A model generated the notes under the pieces. That model was not told the DNA's origin and searched no databases. It saw only the letters and a list, made by a program, of their open reading frames with translations. Below, piece after piece: positions 41,601 through 59,599 of a stretch of 64,000 nucleotides of DNA; positions within the stretch are counted from its first letter, which is position 1, and the number at the start of each line of letters is the position of its first letter. Made by a program: the position numbers and the translations under genes. Origin of the DNA: the human T2T-CHM13v2.0 reference genome, Homo sapiens; NCBI RefSeq assembly GCF_009914755.1, contig NC_060926.1; one strand, given 5' to 3'.

Positions 41601-41809
41601 CCCAAAGTCCTTTTACAGACATGATTAAATAAGGAGCTAATGAAAGGTCATGAGCAGGAAAAAGACACAATAAAAGCCTAGTTAAAGATAGGAGATTAGT
41701 GGGACAGATCCAAGTACAGTATGCTGGAACTCAGGGAAGCCAGTTAATAGGCTTTGAAAAATGAGGTTTAAAAGATGATGAGGACAAACACTAGGGTAAT
41801 TATGGGCAG

Positions 41810-42328
41810 GTGGGCAGAAAAGAGTTCCCACAGCAGGCCTGCTGCTGCTGTCCTTAGAAAGTCTTGCTTGCAAGGTTGGCCCTTGGCAGGTGTCTGGGAC
41901 CTTGTTTATCCAGAGGGGACCTCACCATTCCCTAACTCCTAAGAATGGCTCACTGTGCTTCATGCCTGTATAAAATATGTGGTTTATGTTGACCACCTAC
42001 CTTCCTTCTGAGAGTTTGGAATTTTGGAACATTAGCCAAGGGCACCTACATGACCAGCCTCTAACACTGAATAAAGTCTCTAAGGAGCTTCCCTGATAAA
42101 CAATATTTCACACATGTTGTCTTAATTCAATCTGAATTAGCCTGTCCTGTGACTCCACAGGAAGAGGACTCTTGGAAGCCTTGTGTCTGGTTTCCTCTGG
42201 ATTTCACCCCATGTGCTGATTTTGTTTTGCGTCTTTTGGCTATGATAAATCACAGCCATGCGTATGACTATAATGTGTCAATCTTTCTAGTGAATCAATG
42301 AACCCGATCTTGAGGATCTCAAATATAG
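41810..42328 (+). mobile_element. MER68-like ERVL solo LTR
   Basis: gcagaaaagagttcccacagcaggcctg...ccttagaaag...gcttgcaaggttggcccttggc. Confidence 0.7.
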
Positions 42329-42552
42329 CAGGGGAAAGATGTCTAAGTGAAACTAATCACTGACATGACCTGCAAGTAACCAAATATGGAAATAAAGAAA
42401 AGGCATGACTCAAAGGCAGTTCTAAGAATTTAGGATTGTAAATAACCCCTCAAATGGTATTGTCCTATTCAAACAGGAAAAATTTTTTTATTTTCACTTA
42501 TTCACGTGCACACACAAACATGCATACAAAGTAGAAACATATTACTCTTTCG

Positions 42553-42915
42553 TAAGATTAAAGTAACAAAATGCAAAATAAGTGGAAATGAAAATAATAA
42601 TAGCTAACACTTGTATAGTGCTTTCTCTGTCCCAGTCTTTAAGATTAAAGCAATTAAATGCAAAATAAATGGGAATGAAAACAATAACAACTAACACTTG
42701 CATAATGTTTTCTCTGTGCTAGGCACTGTTCCACGTGGTTTAATTCACCTAATCCTCACAAAACTCTGTAAAGCAGGTACAAAATGGACTCATGTCCATT
42801 TTGCACATGAGAAAACTGTGATACAGTGAGGTTAAATAACTTGTCTAAGATCACAGGGCTGGGATTCAAACTGAGGCATTCTGGCTCCCAAGCCTTTGTT
42901 CTTAACTATGCTATA
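42553..42915. repeat. MIR with an 87-bp tandem duplication at its end
   Basis: taagattaaag...aacacttg...ctctgt occurs at 42553 and 42640; MIR core gagaaaactgtgatacagtgaggttaaataacttg. Confidence 0.75.
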
Positions 42916-44082
42916 AAAAGAAAATGATTGTAACAATGAAGGATCACCCTAACAATACAGGAGTAAATGTGTGGGGTGGCCACCCAGGCTTCCTGCCTTC
43001 TCAAGTCTTCAGTTTATTTTATAACACAAATTAAAGTCTACTTTTAGGCTCTGCATGACAATGAAAATACAGCAGTTAACATCCTGGTTTTCTGTATTAA
43101 CTAATGAATTCCAGCTATGCCAGCCTTCCTCCCAGGCATAACACTTAAAAATCAAGTTATTTATTTAAGATTGTTTCTATGTGAACAATTGGTAAATACA
43201 CAAATTTTTCCCCAAACCATCTTAATAAACTTAGATATATCTAAGTGGAAGCAAATATATTACATATTTGGTATAATTTTTAAAAAAGGAAAATGCTAAA
43301 AAACATCTAAAAGTTGGTTTTCTGTAATCTTTACTCTTTCCCAGCCTAAGTGCAACATCTCAAAACATTTTAAATCACATGAGATTTATCTTTAACTTGG
43401 GACAAACAAAATTGAGTTTCCTGCAGAAACCAATCTTGGCCTACGAGCCCCTAATGCAACAGTATAAGTACGTCCATCCACAAACTCTATTTCTCAAAAG
43501 TGAAGACAGTAGGCCTATAGCCTTAACTTATTTATAAGGCTTTATAAAGCTTTTACCTTTTAAAAATTGTATCATTCAATCAACTGACTGTCTACATTTT
43601 TGGTGCAGTCCACAGCAAAAAAGTCCAAAAAGCAAACATACTGGTTCCTACTGTCTCACCATTTTAGTTCCGCTCTGAAAGCAGAGTCTTATTTTCTGTT
43701 TCCCCTACCAGGAAAGTCACCACTGTAGTTCAAATTCTTAAACTTAAATTTAAATTAAAGAGCTTAAGGTAATTATTACTTCAGCAAAATACTAATGACT
43801 TCATACAAGAAGTAGTACCATTTTCTATTAACCATTCACGAGACATTAATCCATAAAGGTTTCTAAGCAGAACCCTAAGCTGACCACCCAAACCACTAAT
43901 GACCTGTGACTCCCAGGTGTAATGGCATTAAGCTTTGATATTCCACATTGGCTTAATACTCTTTGGAGTGCTGACCGTATCTAGCTTTGTCATATGCAGT
44001 TTGATTACAGTGAACTAGGTGGCTATCTGTGAATGACCCCAGGTAAATATATCCCAGAAGGTGACAAAAAAAAAGAGGATAA

Positions 44083-44319
<237 letters not shown>

Positions 44320-44339
44320 TAACCCTCCTTTCTTGTAGA

Positions 44340-44537
44340 GCCGTGGTTCTAAGTGTGGTCCCTGGACTAGCAGCATCAGCATCAACGTCACCTGGAAACT
44401 TGGCAGAAATGCCAACTCTCAGGCCCCACCTGACTTTCCAAATCAGAAACTCTGGGGGTGGGGTCCAGCAACCCGAATTTCAACAAGACCCCCAGGTGAT
44501 TCTGATGCACATTCAAGTTAAGGAACCAGTGTTCTAG
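44340..44537. mobile_element. MER5A (hAT-Charlie MITE)
   Basis: gtggttctaagtgtggtccctggactagcagcatcagc...tgattctgatgcacattcaagttaaggaaccagtg. Confidence 0.8.
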
Positions 44538-44688
44538 AGAGGCCAGATAAGTACATGAAGCCTGGACTGGGGTTTCTCAATATCAGCACTATTGACATTT
44601 GGGGCTCAATAATCCTTTGGTGTGGGGCATAACAGGATACTGAGATGCATCCCTACCCTCTACCTAGATGCCAGTATTAGTTACATAC

Positions 44689-45050
44689 AGTATTAGTCCG
44701 TTTTCACACTGCTGATAAACACATGCCAGAAACTAGGTAATTATAAACAAAATGAGATTCAATGGACTCACAGTTCCATGTGGCTAGGGAAGCCTCACAA
44801 TCATGGTGGAAGGCAGAAGACATGTCTTACATGGTAGCAGACAAGAGAGAAATAGGAACCAAGCCAAAGGGGTTTTCCCTTGTAAAACCATCAGATCTCC
44901 TGAGACTTACTCACTGCCACGAGAACAGTATGGGGGAAACTGCCCTCATGATTCAATTATTTCCCACTGGGTCCCTCCCACAACACATGGGAATTATGGG
45001 AGCTACAATTCAAGATAAGATTTGGGTGGGGACACAGCCAAACCATATCA
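44689..45050 (-). mobile_element. THE1-type solo LTR nested in MER20 (44565-45140)
   Basis: tattagtccgttttcacactgctgataa...gggacacagccaaaccatatca; MER20 halves on both sides. Confidence 0.85.
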
Positions 45051-45343
45051 CCTCCCCCACATCATGACAACCAAAAATGTCTCCAGATATTACCAAATGT
45101 TCCCTGGGTGGGAAAACCACCCCTGGCCCAGAACCACTGGCCTAGATTTTACAAAAGTGGATACTAACTTCAGGAAAACCTTCATACCTTTCACTTTTCT
45201 TCTCAAAATGCTCTCAGCTAGTTCTCACTGCTTTTAGCGTTTGTAAAATGAATTCACTTCAGCTGGACCCTACTTTAAATGTAAAAAGCTACTGGCTCAT
45301 GCCTGTAATCCCAGTACTTTGGGAGGCCGAGGCGGGTGGATCA

Positions 45344-45607
<264 letters not shown>

Positions 45608-45903
45608 TTACACACACACATACACACTTCTGACGTTTAGAATGCACTAAATTTTGGAACTGCTGATAAGAGAAGGTGACTGTACCTACCTTATAGGGAG
45701 GAAGTGTGAGGATTGGATCCAATAACACATAAGGTCCAATTCTGTACTCGTAGAGAAAAGGGACTTTCAACAGGTTAGCTATTGTTATTTCTAAATTACA
45801 AATTCCGATCATATCATTTGCTTGTTTTGAACTCTTTGATGGTTCTACACTGCCTGCAAAATAAGGTCCAAATTCCTTATTTCTTTCTTTTTTTTTTTTT
45901 TGA

Positions 45904-46080
<177 letters not shown>

Positions 46081-46083
46081 TGA

Positions 46084-46517
<434 letters not shown>

Positions 46518-47426
46518 TAATTTAAAAAACAAAACAAAACCGGACACTGGGTCCTTCTAGCTCTCAGTCTTCTCTGTTGCTATTGTCACTGCCCACCTTT
46601 TGCTCTGGTCACTTAGAAATAGCTATGGTTCTTTCCCTCTTACAATTCCCTCCTGTCCTTTCCTCCTTCCTCTGCCTGGGATGAGGGTGCATCCCTCCTT
46701 CCTTTCTAGATGCCACTCCTCTATCCATGAAGACCAGCTCAACGACCTTCTCTAGGAGGCTGTCCCCAAACCCCGGCCCCAGCCCAAAGAGCCTCCTCTT
46801 CCTGTGTCTTCCCAGCACTGGATGCTGAATACATAGGGGCCATCTCTTCACTAGACTGTTCAGCCCTTGGGAAAGAGCAACTTAGCTGTCAGCTGTCTCT
46901 CCCCCACAGGTCTAGCATGGGCCCCACACACGTGCTAGGATTACAGGCGTGAGCCACCTTGCCTGGCCAAGGTAGTGTGGCTTTTGACCCCTGTTGTGTC
47001 CTCAGGGCCTGACACTCAATAAAAAAGCTTTTTCTAAATGAATGAGTAAATGAGTGAAGAACGTGACACATATTTATGACAATGTGAAAACAAACCACCA
47101 TGGCTAACACCAAGAAAAAACCCACGCCCATGTGCTTTCATTACATCTCATGAAGTGTAGCACCTACTAAAAAGGTTGTTCTCCCTTCAAGGAAGTTGCA
47201 AGAGCCTGAACACAACAGAAACCTCAAACGCCAACCCCATCCTGGTCCAGTCATCTACCTGGGCTCTGCAATAACAGTGGTGCACGAGTGAAAAAGTGAG
47301 CAGATGCAAGCTCCCCCAGAACGTTTCAGTCCCAGAGCAGCTTAGTAATCACTTTCCAAAAACATTTATCAGCACTGCTCCTGACCAGCAATCTCAAATA
47401 TTTAGCAACTTACCCAAAACGCATGA

Positions 47427-47765
<339 letters not shown>

Positions 47766-47766
47766 T

Positions 47767-48088
<322 letters not shown>

Positions 48089-48152
48089 CAAAGGCTAACT
48101 TTTAAAGAGTGTTGTCTGCATCTACGTTCACATCATGCAAGAGTCATTATTC

Positions 48153-48458
<306 letters not shown>

Positions 48459-49669
48459 TCATTATTCTGTCCTTGCCTTTTTCAGGTCCCCACCTTCTCC
48501 CCAGGTCTCATGCACTCGATCTCTCTCACTCCTTTCTGCTTTACAGACCCACAGCCAGGTCCTGCCAATCACTCCCCTCCTTGTTGGAAGTCAGCTACAG
48601 GTGAACCAGCAGGGAGAGGCCACTGCCTGCTCACAATCAGCTCATTATCTAATTGAGGAAAAAGGCACAAGCTCACTCAAAAGCAAAATCCAAAGGACCA
48701 ACAGGAGTTGGGGGCTTCAGGCTTTTTCTTCCCATTCAGGATAGGGTCAATGTCACTTCAAAAGGTATAATTACAAAAGGCTAGAGACCACGCCTTCAGC
48801 TTTAAGAGAATAGCAGTACCTTCCATCCTCCAGAAAGCTTTTGGACTTGTGGACTATCCCTATTTAAGACGGCTCATTGCATCAAGGAAACACAGTTTCA
48901 TTCAATAAACATCAGTCATTTCCTTCAAATTCCCACCGGAAAGCTACTGACATTGTAAACCTTTAGGATTTGAAAGACGCTAAAGTTTAAAGTCGAATCA
49001 TAAATACTGTTCCAATCCAATCACTCAGGCCCAGAGCTGGTGGGAGTTCTGGATTGCATTTCCGGCTTCACCAGTATCTCTGTAACTTAGCAGCAAGCTA
49101 CACCTCCACCAGCCTCGGCTTCCTCTTAGGAGAAATGAGAAAACTGGACCCAATCAGTGTTTCCCAAAACCATGGTGGGCGTCCAATGCAAGATGTCACA
49201 GTGCAAGAGAGGACTCTGTGTGCATGCCAATTAACATGTTTTAGTTATTAGTTTACTCTGTCTGGTGAGTAATGTTAGTTTTCCTAATAAATAAGATTTC
49301 CTTTTAAAATAAATGCATCCAAATATTTTTAAAAATGAGTCACTTTCACAAAAACCTATTTAGTAAATAAGAGTTCAGGTGATTCTAGCAGCCGTGGCAA
49401 AAATAACTGATCTAGAGGCCTGGCGTGGCGTGAAATCCCTGAGTACAGGGGGAGGAAGAGAGCGAAGGCGGCTGGAGTTCCTCGCAAAGAAGCAAGCCCC
49501 GGGCACTAGGGTCCGCAGTGACCAGCCGCCGGTCCTCCACGCTTCCAGAGGAGACGATTTGGAACTGACCCGGGAGGGCCAAGAAACACCTTCCGAGTAC
49601 CAGGCTAAACCCCGCCAGGGAGAGAGACCGGGACGAAGGTCCCAGGCTAGTGCGACACCGCAGGTCGGG

Positions 49670-50230
49670 GTTCCCTGGTTGGAGGAGCGCGGTGGGCTGG
49701 GAGGGGCGCGTTGGTGCGCACTGGAACAGGGGTCCCCGGCTTGAGCAGCGCGGTGAGACAGAGTTCCCGCGCTGGAGGGGCGCGGTGAGACAGAGGTCCT
49801 GGGCTGGAGAGGTGCGTTGGGGCGCACTGGAACCGGGGTCCCGGGCTTGAGTGGCGCGGTGGGACAGAGTTCCCGGGCTGGAGGGGCGCAGTGGGACAGA
49901 AGATCCGGGCTAGAGGGGCGCGGTGGGACGGAGCTCCCGGGATGGACGGGCGCAGTGGGACAAGGGTCCCGGACTGGAGGGGCGCGTTGGGGAGCATTGG
50001 AACAGGGGTCCTGAGCAGGAGGGGCGAGGTGGGCTGGGAGGGGCGCGGTAGGGCGCACTGGAACAGGGGTCCTGGGCTGGAAAGACACGTTGGAACAAGG
50101 GTCCCGGGCTTGGGCGGCGCGGTGAGACGGAGTTCCCGGGCTGGAGGGGCGCGGTGGGACAGGGGATCCGGGCTGGAGGGGCGCGGCGAGACCGGGGTCC
50201 CAGGCTGGAAAGGTGCAAGTCGAGGCTGGA
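49670..50230 (+). repeat. Degenerate G-rich minisatellite, ~32-bp unit (gggctggaggggcgcggtgggacagagttccc) with longer variant units, roughly 15-17 copies
   Basis: Recurrent ctggaggggcgcggtg(g/a)gac and cactggaacaggggtcc motifs; repeated RAPP/TAPL/PPRPSS peptides in overlapping ORFs. Confidence 0.9.
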
Positions 50231-50403
50231 GGACCGGCGGGAGGGAACCGGGAACCCGGCGGAGCTAAGGGGCGCAGAGTGGGGGTGGGGCCGTGCTGCC
50301 GGGGGAGCCCCCTCACGCAGGAAGGACCGGGGCCGCGGACCCCACCGCCCCCACACCCCGTCGTCGCGGAGTTCGGGCCGCCCCGGCTGCGCCCGGGCCC
50401 TAC

Positions 50404-50540
50404 CTGTCCTCGCTGGCCGTGATCACGCCGTCCTCCTTGGGGATGAGCAGCGCGGCCGTGACGGCGTCCTGGTGCCCCTCGATCTTGCTCAGCAGCACCG
50501 GGCGGCTGCTCTGCGGCCTGGAGTGGATTTCGGCCGCCAT
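50404..50540 (-). CDS. WDFY1: WDFY1 coding exon 1 (MAAEIHSRPQSSRPVLLSKIEGHQDAVTAALLIPKEDGVITASEDR)
   Basis: ATG at 50540-50538 in strong Kozak context (gcgaacATGG); 137 nt; donor CAG|GTAGGG; translation matches the recalled WDFY1 N-terminus. Confidence 0.97.
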
Positions 50541-51146
50541 GTTCGCGCGGCGACTGCTGCGGCCTCCTCGGCAGGCAGCCCATCAGCTGACGCCTGGGCG
50601 GGCGGGGGACGCGCCGGTTTCCCTTCGGCTGCTGGGGCCTCTTGGGCGCCGCGCCGCCGTAAGCCCCCGAGTGCTGCCGCCGCACCGCCCGTATTGCCTG
50701 GGGATGCCGCGCAAGCTGAAAGTCTGTGGCTGGGAGAGGATGCCACGGGGCGCCTGCGGAGAAATGGGGAAAGTAAGGAAGGTTTAAAAGTAAAGCCATT
50801 CACCCAGGAATAAATTGAGCACCTGGAGGGGACAAGGAATTGTCCCCCAAACCAGAGATTTCAGAAATTACAATACTACATTTCATCCATTTGAAGAAGC
50901 CATTGTTTGAAAGGCACACACTTTCAGAAATGTTAAAATGTGAAAAAATATAGTGCATCTTAGAATCTTTGAACTACAATAGATAGCACTGAGTGGTGAC
51001 CATATACCAGGCATTAACTCAGTGTCTTTGCATCTCATTTAATACTGATAATTTTAAGAGATGAAATAGATGCTCTTGTATTCCCATTTTAGAGATGAGA
51101 AAACAACCAGAGAAGTTTGATCACTACCTTAAGGTTGCACAGCTAT

Positions 51147-51653
51147 GAGAGGGAGAAAAGCAGCCCTTGATCTCCAGGAGCTGCCTGGTACTATCAGCTG
51201 AGCTTTGGTGTTGCTAGGAAGTGTTTGCTTCCTGTGGAACATAAACATCAGACGAGGCCACTCCATAATCACATCTAAACACGGCCAAAATATGAGCGAT
51301 GTACAAGCCACAGAAATTACCAAACATCCCCCTATCCTGGCTAATATGAGTGACTCTTATTTCTTTATTAATTATAATGTTAACCGCTATCTAGTCTTCC
51401 TCCATTTAGATAAGATTTATTAAGATATGCAACCTTAGAATTATACGCATTTCCTGACAACATCCAGTCCACAGGAGAGCCTCTCTTCCTTAAGCTCTCC
51501 CAGGTCACCTAACACAAACACAAATCCTATAATAAAACTGTCCGAACATCCCTTTACCCAGACACCTCACCATTCCCAATGGTGTGTCTTCTCCCTCCAA
51601 CAAGCAATCAACCCCATTTGTTCCTGGTGGTTTTTGGCTAGAGGTCATTGACA
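51147..51653 (+). mobile_element. ERVL-type solo LTR (MER54-like) inserted in MIR, 0.6 kb upstream of the WDFY1 ATG
   Basis: tgagagggagaaaagcagc...aataaa...tggctagaggtcattgaca; MIR flanks. Confidence 0.6.
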
Positions 51654-51754
51654 ACCAGTAAGTTCAAGAGCCAAAATTTGGACTCAGGAAGTCAATGACT
51701 CCAAACTTCTGCCCCACTATATTATTCTGACACCTGAATTGCAGAATTGCATTA

Positions 51755-52040
51755 GAACCGTACTATCCACATGACTATAGAGCACTTGAAATGTGGCTTG
51801 TCCAAACTGAGATGTAGTACAAGTGCAAAATACTACAAGATTTTATAGACTTAGCACAAAACAAAAAAGATGTAATATAGTTCATCAATAATTGTTACAA
51901 TGATTACATGTTGAAATGATACTATTTTGGATATATTGAGTTAGATACTATTAAAATTAATATGACCTGCTTATTTTTTTAAGGTAGCTAATAAAAACTT
52001 TAAATTATGGATGTGAATCAGATGGTACTTCTATGTACAG
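51755..52040. mobile_element. MER33/MER3-like hAT MITE
   Basis: gagcacttgaaatgtggcttgtccaaactgagatgt. Confidence 0.7.
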
Positions 52041-52051
52041 TGATTTACTAG

Positions 52052-52381
<330 letters not shown>

Positions 52382-52399
52382 TGATGAAGTTATTAACAA

Positions 52400-54600
<2,201 letters not shown>

Positions 54601-54786
54601 AGTTAAATGCACAGTGATGGAACCTGCTGTGCCACCCTCTGCAGGGTCAGCAGATGCTCACTGGGTGGTGGTAGAGTTCAGGAGCCAAGTTTATGCTTGA
54701 TCTTAAGGCAGCAGGATGGTCAAAACTAAGTGAGAGAAAGGCCCTCTACAAATACTTGTTCAAAAATTTTAATCAGGGATTCGCCT

Positions 54787-55824
54787 GTTAAACTAAATTA
54801 AAATGGAAACCAGGGCTGAAGACTCCCCGAAGAGACAAAGCCAGTCAGTCCTCCTAAGTGATCTTAACCTTGCTTGATTTGCAAACATAAGTGAAACTTA
54901 ACTTGAACTATTTCTTGTAAATGCCTGTATTAAAGAAAAACAAAACTTAAGCTCAACCATTCAGAAGCAGTCAACAGACTTACAATTAAATAACTAGGGA
55001 TTTTCCCACAGGATAGACCAAATAAAGCCACTTTATAACTGTAATCAATTATTTTCTTTGCATTATTTCTGCATTCACTCTTCCAAGTTTGACCCTTATG
55101 CTTCTCCAACAGAGCCCTGGAAACACTTCCGGTTTAGAGCTGTCCGATTCATGAATTGCTGTTTACACAAATAAGCCCTTTAAAATATTATTGTGCCTTG
55201 GTTTACCTTTTTTTTTTTTTTCTTGAGACAGAGTGTTACTACTCTGTCACCCAGACTTCAGTGTACTGCTGGGATCTCAGCTCACTGCAACCTCTGCCTC
55301 CCCGGTTCAAGCAACTCTTGTGCCTCAGCCTCCTGAGTAGCTAGAACTACAGGTGTGTGCCGATCATGCCCTGGTAATTTTTGTATTTTTAGCAGATGTG
55401 GGGTTTTACCATGTTGGCCAGGCTGGTCTCGAACTCCTGGCCTTAAGTGATCCATCAGCTTCAGCATCCCAAATTGTGAGGATTACAGGCGTGAACCACT
55501 GTGCCCAGCCCTCTTTTTTTTTTTTTTTTTCAGTCAGGATCTCACTCTGTCACCCAGGTTGGGGGCAGTGGCACAATCTCAGCTCACTGCAGCCTCTGCC
55601 TCCTGGGTTCAAGCAATTCTCCTGCCTCAGCCACTGCAGTAGCTGGGAGTAGGCAAGCACCACCATGCCTGGCTAATTTTTGTATTTTTAGTAGAGACAT
55701 GGTTCTCTACTATTGCCCAGGCTGGTGTTGAACTCCTGAGCTCAAGTGATCCAACTGTCTCAGCCTCCCAAAATGCTGGTACAGGTGAGAGCCACTGTGC
55801 CTGGCCTGGTTTACCTTTGTAACA
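54787..55824 (+). mobile_element. ERV1-type solo LTR interrupted by two tandem minus-strand Alus (55209-55510, 55514-55806)
   Basis: tgttaaactaaattaaaatggaaaccagg...gtttacctttgtaaca; tggtttaccttt duplicated around the Alu pair. Confidence 0.7.
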
Positions 55825-56701
55825 GGCCTTACGTATTGAGTTGTCTTACAAATAAGATGAATCATCACCCAGAATGGTTCAATGTGAACAATAAGGTAAG
55901 GCCCACATAACTCTCACCTTGCACAATGACAATGAACTGACCCAAAGATGTAACATTGATCCAGTTTATTGCAAAAGCAGCTACTCTGTGTGATTTCTTC
56001 CAAAACACATGGAAAACATCTCAGCTGTAACACATTTTGAAGGCAATTTACATAAACAAATTAAGCTCTAAATTTAACTCACCTTTATACATTTTGTAAA
56101 ATCAGTGCTTAAACACAAAATGATTTTATAGAGTATGCATATAGCATTTACAGCCATAAGAGTACATGAAGTCCAAGAGGAAGTATGTGTGTAAATAACG
56201 AAGAGGTACAAGGACAGAAGCCTTGGAAACATCAACAGGTCTGGAAGAAAGGGAGGAACCAGAAAAAAAGACTGGAGAGGAGCCAACCTCCCCCTGCTCC
56301 CCTTCCCCCTGACTCTATGAGGTAGGAGGAAAATGGATATTGTGTGTATTGTCCTGAAGACAAAGGAAGAAGGTGTTCTAAGGAGGAGGAAGTGATCGAC
56401 TGTGTCAAATGCTGCAGATCAAGCAAATGAAATGACTGCAAGTTTCCATGAATGCCAGGGGTAAAAACTGATTGAAGTGAGTTCAAGTGGTGATAGAAGA
56501 GCCTTAGCACAGCCTCTTGGAACTGCTAGACTCTAGGTACACAAAGAGAAATTATTTATTTTTTTATATCAATGGCTTTTGAGGAACAGGTGGTGTTTGG
56601 CTACATGGATAAGAAATTTTGTGGTGATTTCTTGCATTTCTAAAGTGAGAATAATAATGTTACCTTTTAATGGTGATGTAGGAAGCAGAGATAATGTGTA
56701 G

Positions 56702-56899
<198 letters not shown>

Positions 56900-57329
56900 T
56901 AATTTTTGTATTTTTAGTAGAGATGGGTTTTCACCATGTTGGCCAGGCTGGTCTCGAACTCCTGACCTCAAGTGATCCACCCACCTCAGCTTCCCAAAGT
57001 GCTGGGATTACAGGCTTGAGCCACTGTGTCTGGCCCCTTACCTTGGACCTTGATCTCTAAATGTCTATCCCGCCATCACCTCCTCTGACTCTAAATACCT
57101 GTGTCATGCTAGACTTCCTTGAGGGAGTATTTTATAGTTGTACTGTAAGAATGATAATGATGATAATCATAAATGCCAATATTATTTATTGTAATAAGTT
57201 CTTACCTTTAACATTTGGATGAAGTAAGGTATGTTAGCTTAATGGGTCAGCATTCTAATGTGGCCTTGACTTTCTACTCTTCACATTTCAGATACTCTAA
57301 GTGTAATCACAGGCTAGCCGTTTGCCTAT

Positions 57330-57801
57330 TGCTATCAGATCCACTTTATGTGTACCTTGCTTGGTCTGTATTGCAGGGGGTTGACTTCTGCAAACTACAT
57401 GTCCCAGACTCCCTAACCGACTTGCTTCCTGATAAGTTTGTATGGTGGAGGCAGTGGTGGGACATTGGAAGGTAGAAGGAAAGAAGAAACCAGGGTATTT
57501 CTCCTCCACTCTTTCTGCTTAGGGAGTATGCCTTCTCTGTGGCTCCAGTCCCCACTGGCTATAGCTTCCCTCTTTTGTCGCAGCCCTCAACAGGCAGTCT
57601 CTGTGGGTTCTTGGTCCCATTCGGCTCACCTAACTCTTGTGCTCTGGTACCATCTGTTCCCTTTGTCTCTCCAGTTTTGCTGTCCCTAATCTCTTAGGCC
57701 TTTCAGTTCTAACACCTTTGTAACTAGTTCTTTGTATTCGGTTTCTTTCTTGGAACCATCTGGTGTGCCTTTGTTCTCTTGGTAAGACCCTGACTGATAC
57801 A
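57330..57801. mobile_element. LTR33-like ERVL LTR
   Basis: gacttctgcaaactacatgtcccagactccc...gaccctgactgataca. Confidence 0.6.
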
Positions 57802-57834
57802 ATTATGGCAATACTGATACTTAACTTGTAGTAC

Positions 57835-58212
57835 TGTTAAATTAAGTTTGGACTAAAGCCTCCGTTGTACATATTTTAATTTTGGCCTAAAGGTTTTTCA
57901 GTACACAGTGAACCTAACTTGATATGTAACCTAACTTGATGTGTAAAAGACTGTCACCTGCTCTTGTAAAAGTAGCCGAGTCTCATCCAACCACAGGCAG
58001 CCCTATTCAAATAAAGCAGACACCAGCTGTTTCTGTCCCTCATTTGCATTTTCTGTACATACTTTTTCCTTTTACTGTCCATAAATGTTATCTGACCATG
58101 TGGCAGTCCTGGAGTCTTTCTGAACGTGTTCTGGTTCTGGGGGCTGCCTGATTCATCATTGTTTGATCAGTTAAACTCTTAAATTTAATTTGTCTAAGGT
58201 TTGTCTTTTAAA
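57835..58212 (+). mobile_element. MER57-like ERV1 solo LTR
   Basis: tgttaaattaagtttggactaaagcc...ggcctaaaggttttt...aaatttaatttgtctaagg. Confidence 0.7.
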
Positions 58213-58349
58213 GCCATCATGAGGATTGTAGGACATAACTTACTGAGAATATGACGTTACATATGTAAATTATAAGGCAATATTTCAGTAATTGAGTATT
58301 TTCAAAAATAGATATAAACCATATAATGATAGAAATGATAGTCTCATAA

Positions 58350-58610
<261 letters not shown>

Positions 58611-59599
58611 TGAACTCCTGACCTCATGATCCGCCTGCCTCGGCCTCCCAAAGTGCTGGGATTACAGGCATGAGCCACCGTGCCAGCCCAGATTTTTAAA
58701 TTTATAACTTTTAATGGCTATAATCTGGTTAACTCTAATCAAGAGGAAATACTTATAAAACTTTTCAGTGTCTTTCAGCAGTTGTTATAATGTATACCTA
58801 ATCAATGTTTATCTGTTCAGTACATGTTAAATCTGTGGGACAGACTGAAAAAGAAGTCTACAGTGATTTATTGCTTTTGGACATGCTTCGTCTCCTTGGG
58901 CCTTGCCAAAAGATCTGGAGACACAGTTTCATCCCAGAGAGGAAAGAAGACTTGGTAATTTTGTTCAGTAGTTTTGCCAGGAGTTCTTTTAACCCATTCT
59001 CTGGATTTTACCCCAGTTTTACACTGCAGGCCAGCATAATAATCACACTGCAAAAATCTCAAACCACTTTTACAATGCTTTATTTAAAAAGCAAAACAAA
59101 AGTGTGAAGTTTCAATATTATAGTCATAGTGGTCTAATATCTCTACTTTCCCTCTCATTACAAGTTTTTACTTATTTTTATAACCCTTTAAAATATTCCT
59201 TTTCCTGTAATAGGTATCCCTCTCTCAGATCCAAACATTGCTCAGTTTAGCAGAAACATCAAGGAACACGTAAAGTGGAAACCCTGTGCTTGACATCTTC
59301 TCTGATATTTCCTGAACTTGTTTCTCAAAAGTATCCTTAATGACAGGAAAGGGGATCTATACCTACAGGGGTTAAAGGGTCAGGCAGCTTTCACTTTTTG
59401 GAGCGGAATTTACTAAGTCATCATCATTCCTGACGACTTTGTGCATGTTATGGAATGTTGATCCTCCTTTCCATCTCTTCTGCATCTAGCAAAATCCACG
59501 CTTCCATCTAGAACCAGCACTCTGAGGCCATCCCCTAAGTCTCATGAATATAGAGCATTTTTTATTTTGCCATTTTCATCCAATTGATTTGACCCTATG

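Larger units (their letters stand above)
49400..50760. promoter_or_regulatory. CpG island / WDFY1 promoter with GC boxes (50596-50608), CRE half-site TGACG (50588-50592) and YY1-type motif over the ATG (AACATGGCGGC)
   Basis: Very high GC and CpG density around exon 1; motifs read directly from sequence. Confidence 0.85.

Noticed and set aside
49670-50230. CRISPR-like or SVA VNTR interpretation of the ~32-bp repeats
   Set aside because: No unique spacers, human DNA, and no SVA hexamer, Alu-like or SINE-R parts
50154-50813. Plus-strand ORFs of 219 and 164 aa over the WDFY1 CpG island
   Set aside because: Antisense shadows of GC-rich exon 1 and repeat; no recognisable domain
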